Below are positions 40,916-46,169 of a stretch of DNA of 46,169 nucleotides, piece by piece (the stretch's first letter is position 1; every line of letters begins with the position of its first letter). A program made the translations under genes and the position numbers. The DNA is taken from assembly GCF_963974425.1 (NCBI RefSeq), contig NZ_CAXBCK010000030.1, positions 1 through 46,169 on the forward strand. The letters run 5' to 3'. Under the pieces are notes generated by a model, which searched no databases, was not told the DNA's origin, and worked only from the letters and a program-made list of their open reading frames with translations. This DNA comes from an uncultured Marixanthomonas sp. (GTDB taxonomy: Bacteria > Bacteroidota > Bacteroidia > Flavobacteriales > Flavobacteriaceae).

Positions 40916-41569
40916 ATGAAAAAGCTGATAACCTTATTTATGGCAGTGCTTTTGTTGGGGTGCCATCACAACGGGAAAAAACATACCGTTAAAAATGAAA
41001 TCGATAAACAAGGTTTAGAGTCTGAAATAACCATTAAATCAAAGCAAGGGCAAGACACTGCACAAACCGACACTGTGTACGATGAGTACCTCGGAGCAAA
41101 GTTGGCACCCATTCATAAGAATTATAAAAAAATCGATACGATTACAGCTTGGTCAGCTACAGTAACAAAAGCAATCAAGCAATCAACCGAAGGAGGAACT
41201 GCAACCTATTATTACCTCAATAAAATACTTTTAAAAATAGTTGTCACCCATTTTGGAGAGATGGGTAAAATCATTCAGGAATTTTATACCCTAGACGGAG
41301 CGCTATCATTTGTTTTGGAAAAACGATACGAATACAACAGGCCACTAAGCTGGGATGATAGCAGTAAACAAGAAAACAATGACAATGCAGTTTTTGATGC
41401 TGAAAAATCCACGCTTATAGAAGACCGGAGTTTTTTCGAGAAAGGTACGCTTATTCGACAGATAAGCGACTTAAGTTGTGGGGCTCCTTTTGCCCAATAT
41501 TATTTAGATGGAGAACAGAAGCGACTGAAAGATGATTTTAATCAGTTGTTGAAACGAATTAATAAATAA
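40916..41569 (+). CDS. Hypothetical lipoprotein
   Basis: 217 aa. Lipoprotein signal 'MKKLITLFMAVLLLGC'. No recognised domain. Confidence 0.6.
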   Translation: MKKLITLFMAVLLLGCHHNGKKHTVKNEIDKQGLESEITIKSKQGQDTAQTDTVYDEYLGAKLAPIHKNYKKIDTITAWSATVTKAIKQSTEGGTATYYYLNKILLKIVVTHFGEMGKIIQEFYTLDGALSFVLEKRYEYNRPLSWDDSSKQENNDNAVFDAEKSTLIEDRSFFEKGTLIRQISDLSCGAPFAQYYLDGEQKRLKDDFNQLLKRINK

Positions 41570-41638
41570 AAAAACGCCTCTTAGGTATAGTAAAATTCTT
41601 TACTCTGAAATTATAGAAACCATACAATAGCCAAACCA

Positions 41639-41992
41639 ATGAAAACAAAACACTTTATTGTGTATAGCTTATTATTTTGGAGTCTAACAAGCTGTGTCTC
41701 CAGGCTAGAAAGGCATGCGTTATCCGGAGTGATTGTTGACATCAACAAGCAACCCATAGAAAATTGCGCAGTAGCTGAAACAAGAACAGACAGTACAGGA
41801 CATTTTTTTCTTCCTGAGCTGCGATACAATCAATTCTTATTAACTGAATTTCTAATTCATGAGGCACCACCCGTTATGTACACAGAGCCTATTTTAAGAA
41901 ATGGCTTTAAAAACAAAACCATCGAGTTTTTTCACGAATATGGTGGAGGCAAAAAAAAGGAGCCCATAGAGTGTTGGACACCATTTGTTTGA
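41639..41992 (+). CDS. Small lipoprotein with carboxypeptidase-regulatory-like (CarbopepD_reg) beta-sandwich. Probably the N-terminal part of a frameshifted gene continuing in 41971-42381
   Basis: Signal 'MKTKHFIVYSLLFWSLTSC'. 'GVIVDINKQPIENCAVAETRTDSTGHFFLPEL' fits the CarbopepD_reg pattern (G.V.D..G.PI..A.V....TDS.G.F.L). Confidence 0.5.
   Translation: MKTKHFIVYSLLFWSLTSCVSRLERHALSGVIVDINKQPIENCAVAETRTDSTGHFFLPELRYNQFLLTEFLIHEAPPVMYTEPILRNGFKNKTIEFFHEYGGGKKKEPIECWTPFV
41951..41958 (+). other. A8 homopolymer at the junction of two overlapping ORFs (candidate slippage/phase-variation or sequencing-error site)
   Basis: 'ggaggcAAAAAAAAggagcc'. The downstream ORF frame is open upstream through this tract, so a 1-nt change would fuse 41639-41992 with 41971-42381. 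Confidence 0.5.
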
Positions 41993-42381
41993 TGAGGACA
42001 GCCCCATCAGTATCGGAAACAAAAACGCTACTTCAAGGAGTGTGGAAAGCTAGGAACAGTGCGAATAACGACTCCATATTCATGATTAGGAAAAATTTTA
42101 AAAAATACTGTAAAACAGAGCGGTGCAATATATTCAAATACTTTCCATTTGAAAGGGATCATTACAAAAACCCGATGCTTCCAGAAAACCATTTTTATAA
42201 AATCACTTTTAATGTTGATCATTTTAAATCGATATGCCCTATAGATTCCAGTGATGTAAAAGGTGATTGGAAGGTTAAAACCCCACGTATGCTAAAGCTA
42301 AAAAGCCCTTTAAAAAAATTGAACAATAGTTATTATTTAAAAGAATACGATTATTCATATCTGTTATTGGTAAAAACCTGA
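41971..42381 (+). CDS. Hypothetical protein (GTG start) that is likely the C-terminal continuation of the preceding ORF
   Basis: 136 aa. Overlaps the previous ORF by 22 nt in a different frame. No recognised domain. Confidence 0.4.
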   Translation: MLDTICLMRTAPSVSETKTLLQGVWKARNSANNDSIFMIRKNFKKYCKTERCNIFKYFPFERDHYKNPMLPENHFYKITFNVDHFKSICPIDSSDVKGDWKVKTPRMLKLKSPLKKLNNSYYLKEYDYSYLLLVKT

Positions 42382-42457
42382 AAAAATATACCTGTTTTCA
42401 GGGAGGTACAGCTCAGTAGCTCTAAGTACTTTTGATTCCTTAATTTAAAATTAACAA

Positions 42458-43342
42458 ATGATTTCCACTATTAAAAAGAACACAGTTCAATTAGTTTGTC
42501 TTTCACTTTTTTTCTTGTTTGGAGCCTGTAAAGATGGCAAAACTGGTAATGAACAAAAAACAATCTCAATCACGCAACCAAATGATCTAAGTGGTACATA
42601 TATTTTGCATATAGAGCAGAAAAATGGAACTGGTAGTGAATTTATCACGTCGCATAATCCTTCAGTGATAAATCAGGAAGTTGAAATAGAGCTTTTAAAA
42701 AATAAAGACAACACATATAATGTTGAACTTAAACAATTCTCAATAGCAGTTCCTACAGCTATATATAACGTGGTTTATAATACTTTTTTAGATACGACAT
42801 ATATTGAAGGAGAATCATTCTCTGCGACATTTGAAAAGGAAAAACAAGATAAAATTGATACGCTTTTTTCAACCTATAAGAAATTACAAGGGCATACTTT
42901 TTTGTACGAACGAACTGAAGAAGGAAATTTTATGTATGCATCAGGAAAAGTCGATTGGGAAGCTTATGACAAGGACTTAAGCCTTAGGGAGGACCCACAG
43001 GCTGAATTTAAAAAATATATAACACCACACTATTTAACAATGGTGTTAAATGAATCATTTAACTATACGGAGGGAAATTATATTTTGAATGAAGGGTTAG
43101 AGACCATCCAAAAAAGAGAAGAGGTAAAACTTAGGATTGATAAAGGGATGGACCCAGACGAGTATGTTATATACAACACCAATCAACAAAGTAATTTAAA
43201 AACTACGGTTAGAAACATTTTTAAAGGAAAAAAAGCTCAATGGAACAGAAGCGAAATAATTAACACAAAACTTAGTCCTCATAGAATAAAGGGATTAAAT
43301 TCAATTAGCACAACCAGAACAAGTATTAAATATATTGATTGA
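42458..43342 (+). CDS. Hypothetical lipoprotein
   Basis: 294 aa. Lipoprotein signal 'LVCLSLFFLFGAC'. No recognised domain. Confidence 0.6.
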   Translation: MISTIKKNTVQLVCLSLFFLFGACKDGKTGNEQKTISITQPNDLSGTYILHIEQKNGTGSEFITSHNPSVINQEVEIELLKNKDNTYNVELKQFSIAVPTAIYNVVYNTFLDTTYIEGESFSATFEKEKQDKIDTLFSTYKKLQGHTFLYERTEEGNFMYASGKVDWEAYDKDLSLREDPQAEFKKYITPHYLTMVLNESFNYTEGNYILNEGLETIQKREEVKLRIDKGMDPDEYVIYNTNQQSNLKTTVRNIFKGKKAQWNRSEIINTKLSPHRIKGLNSISTTRTSIKYID

Positions 43343-43365
43343 TTTTTTTAAAGTAAAAAACAAAA

Positions 43366-43914
43366 TTGTCGATGAGTACGTATCTAAAAATTAAAAAAGG
43401 CATCTCCAAAACGATTGTACTGCCCGACGCGTTACAAAAACTATGCGACTGGATTGACATAAACGGATATGTAGGTGATTGTTTTGAGCTAAGAGCTGAT
43501 GATGGAGAAACTATAAAGCACTGGTTTGGTTTTGATGATGTTTCCCACCGTTTTGGAACTTTCGGTGCAGGACCAGATGGTTCTATTTTCTCGTTTTGGG
43601 TGAATGATGAAGGAAACCAAATAGTGGTTCATTTAGGTTCAGAAGGAGGAGAGTTGCATACTCTGACAGATACTTTTGTTGATTTTTTAAGGTTGCTGTC
43701 AATAGGTCACGATGAAATAGGATCGGCAGATATGAATGTAGCTCCAAAAGTATCTAACTGTGAAAATGATAAAACAATCAATTCAGACTTCAGAAAGTGG
43801 GTTGCTAAAGAATTTAATGTAACAATACCTGTAAAAGGCAATGAAATCATGAATGTAACCAATTCACTATTTAATGATTGGATGGAAGCACAATTCGAAA
43901 GATATGGGGAATAA
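43366..43914 (+). CDS. SUKH/SMI1-KNR4-like protein (polymorphic-toxin immunity-protein family) - tentative
   Basis: 182 aa, cytoplasmic. 'LPDALQKLCDWIDINGYVGDCFEL...WFGFDDVSHRFGTFGAGPDGSIFSFWVNDEGNQIVVHLGSEGGELHTLTDTFVDFLRLL' resembles the SMI1/KNR4 (SUKH-1) core: LP..Y..F....NG, a central F(G)..G.G..F.F block, a (V/I)V.L.HE block, and a C-terminal hydrophobic F..FL helix. Confidence 0.6.
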   Translation: MSMSTYLKIKKGISKTIVLPDALQKLCDWIDINGYVGDCFELRADDGETIKHWFGFDDVSHRFGTFGAGPDGSIFSFWVNDEGNQIVVHLGSEGGELHTLTDTFVDFLRLLSIGHDEIGSADMNVAPKVSNCENDKTINSDFRKWVAKEFNVTIPVKGNEIMNVTNSLFNDWMEAQFERYGE

Positions 43915-43962
43915 CCCTCCTACAAACTTTTAAATACTGTATTAATTATAAATTTAGCACAA

Positions 43963-44697
43963 ATGAAAAAAACTATTTATATACTCTTGTCTATCATGTT
44001 GGCTTCGTGTAGCAATGATGATAGAGTGCAAACCCCCATTACCCATTTACAAGGTAATTTAGAGATTAACTCCATAAAAGATATAGAAAATGAAGCTATT
44101 CGATCATATAGAACAATTTCTGGTAATTTAATTATAGATTTTACATATGAAATCGAAGATTTAAGTGCGTTGCAAAACTTAGAACAAGTGAATGGTGTTT
44201 TTATTAAAAACAACAAAGGCTTAAAATCGCTAAAAGGTTTAGAAAATATTCAAAAGGTGAAATTTTTATTGATTGAAAATAATGCTGAATTAACTTCATT
44301 AAATGGACTTGAAAATTTAGCTAATATCTCCACTAATTTGAGGATAAAGAATAATGATAAACTTGAAAATTTAGGTTCTTTAGTAAACCTTACACATATT
44401 GGAACTCAATTTTACCTTTTCGATAATTTATCATTATCCTCCCTGAGTGGTTTAGAAAACTTAAATGTCGTATCCTCACTTTTAATTACCAATAATATAA
44501 ATCTAGTATCTCTCAATGGGCTTGAAGGAATTAGTTCGTCTTCCGAAATTAAAATTGACCTTAATGATTCGCTAACTGATTTTTGTGCTTTATCCAGTTT
44601 TCTTGAAGAAGAAAAAGAAAGTATATTTTTTATAGCCAGACAAAACGCTTATAACCCTTCGTTGGATGATATGATCAATGGAGGTTGTTCATTTTAA
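43963..44697 (+). CDS. LRR (BspA-type leucine-rich repeat) lipoprotein
   Basis: 244 aa. Signal 'MKKTIYILLSIMLASCS'. Repeats 'L..L..(V/I)...L.I..N..L.SL.GLENL'. Confidence 0.7.
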   Translation: MKKTIYILLSIMLASCSNDDRVQTPITHLQGNLEINSIKDIENEAIRSYRTISGNLIIDFTYEIEDLSALQNLEQVNGVFIKNNKGLKSLKGLENIQKVKFLLIENNAELTSLNGLENLANISTNLRIKNNDKLENLGSLVNLTHIGTQFYLFDNLSLSSLSGLENLNVVSSLLITNNINLVSLNGLEGISSSSEIKIDLNDSLTDFCALSSFLEEEKESIFFIARQNAYNPSLDDMINGGCSF

Positions 44698-44783
44698 AAA
44701 ATAATTTTAGTCAAGAATCAATTTCAAATAAAATAGAAATAATTGCGTAAAAACTTCCATTATAATAAATTGATGTTGGGCTT

Positions 44784-45503
44784 ATGAAGTGTTGTACATT
44801 CTTATTGTTTGTTGCTTTACCAATATATTTTTACGGGCAACAAACCGACTCCGATATGGTATTGTATCAATCAGATTTATTGTTGATTACAAGCAAAAAA
44901 GCAATCTATAAAAATGACACCATTTATAATGCCAATGTAGAAGAGAAGAAAATTTTAAAAGAAAACAATGCGCAAGAACTAGTAAAACAAGGTATAAGGC
45001 CTTATGTGTATGTTACTTACGCCCCCTTATCTTTAGTAGGTAATGCGCTGTCATATAAACGGAATATGGCTGACTATTGGGGTGGTCACCCAACCGCTTT
45101 TAGCACAATTACTACCATAAACGTAGCAACCCAAGAACCTTATAATATTCTCAATATAGTTGATGAAACTTCTCTGCTTACGGCCATTAAAAATGATCCC
45201 TATGTAAAGAAATTATGTGGAATAGATACGCTTAAGTTACAACAGGCTAAAACGTTCAAAGAGGCTCTCAATTTGTTGAATAATCAAATCCAATATCCAG
45301 AAAATCAGTTCACAGTATATAGTTATACCATACTTGGATACAGTGAGGTTGAAAACAAAGTGGCTTTGAGGCTTATTAGGAAAAAACCTAGAATGGGTAA
45401 CTTCACCCGTTATCTTCAATTAGGACTTAAAGCAACGCCTACCCAAGCTTTTAAGGAAAAACTGCAACAACCTGATGTGTTTTTTCTTGGAACTTATAAA
45501 TAG
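44784..45503 (+). CDS. Hypothetical secreted protein
   Basis: 239 aa. Signal peptide 'MKCCTFLLFVALPIYFYGQ'. No recognised domain. Confidence 0.55.
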   Translation: MKCCTFLLFVALPIYFYGQQTDSDMVLYQSDLLLITSKKAIYKNDTIYNANVEEKKILKENNAQELVKQGIRPYVYVTYAPLSLVGNALSYKRNMADYWGGHPTAFSTITTINVATQEPYNILNIVDETSLLTAIKNDPYVKKLCGIDTLKLQQAKTFKEALNLLNNQIQYPENQFTVYSYTILGYSEVENKVALRLIRKKPRMGNFTRYLQLGLKATPTQAFKEKLQQPDVFFLGTYK

Positions 45504-45554
45504 GGGCGATTAGCGGCTCAAAGTTTTTACAAAGAATAAAATAAAGTAAAAATT

Positions 45555-45806
45555 ATGAAAAATTGGTTGTCCACGAAAGATGTTACACTGCCAGCACATC
45601 AATCAATCTTATTTACCATATCTACTTGCAATATTGAAAACTGGTTGTATTCATTGAATAAATTAAAACCAGAAGATCTCTATCTCACTTTGCGTGTTTC
45701 AAATGACGAATATTGGTTAGTGCAATTAGACAGACCTGATCAGTTATACCAAGTACAATGGCGTCCAAATAACAACCTTAGAGTAGAATCGCAACAGTTA
45801 AAATAA
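45555..45806 (+). CDS. Small hypothetical protein (83 aa)
   Basis: ORF only. Same strand as neighbours. No recognised domain. Confidence 0.4.
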   Translation: MKNWLSTKDVTLPAHQSILFTISTCNIENWLYSLNKLKPEDLYLTLRVSNDEYWLVQLDRPDQLYQVQWRPNNNLRVESQQLK

Positions 45807-45881
45807 TGGCCGGCAGTAGAAAGTCCTGATGATTTTCCGTAATTAATTTACAAGATAGAAGAATCTTTAGGTATCGAATTC

Positions 45882-46169
45882 ATGAAACATGTTGATGTAA
45901 GCTATTTCGATGGCCTGGAAAACCATCTAAACACCGATTCCAAATTGGTTAAGTGGTTGAAAACTGGTGTGGAGACCAGAGGTACCCATATGTCGAGCAA
46001 TACCAAAGAGAATTTAGGCCAATTGCTACAGGAACTACTTGATGAAGATAGGCGACAGTATATGCCTGCTGACCAATACACAATTCCTAAAATAAGGGAA
46101 GAACTCATTGATTTTAAAGACTTCAATTTCGAACTATCTATCATACAAGAACTCATGTATTTTCAAGAG
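45882..46169 (+). CDS. Hypothetical protein, 3'-truncated by window edge
   Basis: ATG at 45882, open to the end of the window (96 codons, no stop). Composition is protein-like (charged/helical: 'LGQLLQELLDEDRRQYMPADQYTIPKIREELIDF'). The opposite-strand ORF 45902-46156 is Ser/Leu-rich and looks like a shadow. Confidence 0.45.
   Translation, partial: MKHVDVSYFDGLENHLNTDSKLVKWLKTGVETRGTHMSSNTKENLGQLLQELLDEDRRQYMPADQYTIPKIREELIDFKDFNFELSIIQELMYFQE

Noticed and set aside
42399-42445. tRNA-like start 'GGGAGGTACAGCTCAGTAGCTCTAAG' (resembles acceptor plus D-arm GCTCAG...GAGC)
   Set aside because: No anticodon stem, no T-arm (GTTCGAATC-like) and no matching 3' acceptor strand can be formed. It lies in the spacer before a lipoprotein gene and is most likely chance similarity.
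45902-46156. 84-aa minus-strand ORF at the window end
   Set aside because: The + strand frame (45882 onward) is open to the window edge and encodes a balanced, helical, charged sequence. The minus ORF is Ser/Leu-rich shadow-like. Only the + strand partial CDS was reported.

Overview
AT-rich window (roughly 33-36% GC by eye) with the gene content of a Flavobacteriia/Bacteroidota chromosome. The indicator is five large secreted proteins ending in type-A T9SS C-terminal sorting domains ('YPNPV...' tails). All calls below rest on motif recognition only; no searches were run.

Layout, left to right:
- 1-3240: housekeeping-type genes (SGNH hydrolase, YqiA-like esterase, TPR-TM-LuxR regulator).
- 3656-10267: two adjacent giant T9SS-sorted cell-surface proteins built from repeated GEVED-type modules, PPC-like and HYR-like domains. 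The second gene contains a 3 x ~525-bp in-frame tandem repeat.
- 10657-14016: a divergent RtcB RNA ligase / WYL-domain regulator pair with three palindromes in the 157-bp intergenic region, followed by a convergent XRE-HTH repressor whose LexA/S24-like domain has lost both catalytic residues.
- 14283-23287: a co-directional, tightly spaced five-gene cluster: YbjN-like small protein, PspA/IM30 (ESCRT-III superfamily), YqiJ/NfeD-like membrane protein, flotillin/SPFH, and a 1639-aa protein with a C-terminal AAA+ ATPase module. I consider this the most interesting candidate system (a PspA/flotillin membrane-remodelling module with a dedicated giant ATPase).
- 23288-23803: 515 bp of non-coding DNA carrying two paralogous ~95-nt elements with a shared 5' motif, each ending in hairpin plus T-run (candidate sRNAs).
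- 23804-37836: T9SS cargo genes (PhoX-like phosphatase with PKD domain, BNR/Asp-box propeller, FG-GAP propeller), an extended di-haem cytochrome c peroxidase, a second TPR-TM-LuxR regulator, and a disrupted MBL-fold gene fragment.
- 38361-46169: a same-strand island of secreted, lipoprotein and immunity-like genes (YwqK/MORN-repeat protein, SUKH/SMI1-KNR4-like protein, LRR lipoprotein) with no toxin gene visible. It includes an A8 homopolymer that splits one ORF.

No tRNA, rRNA, CRISPR array, transposase or integrase was found.
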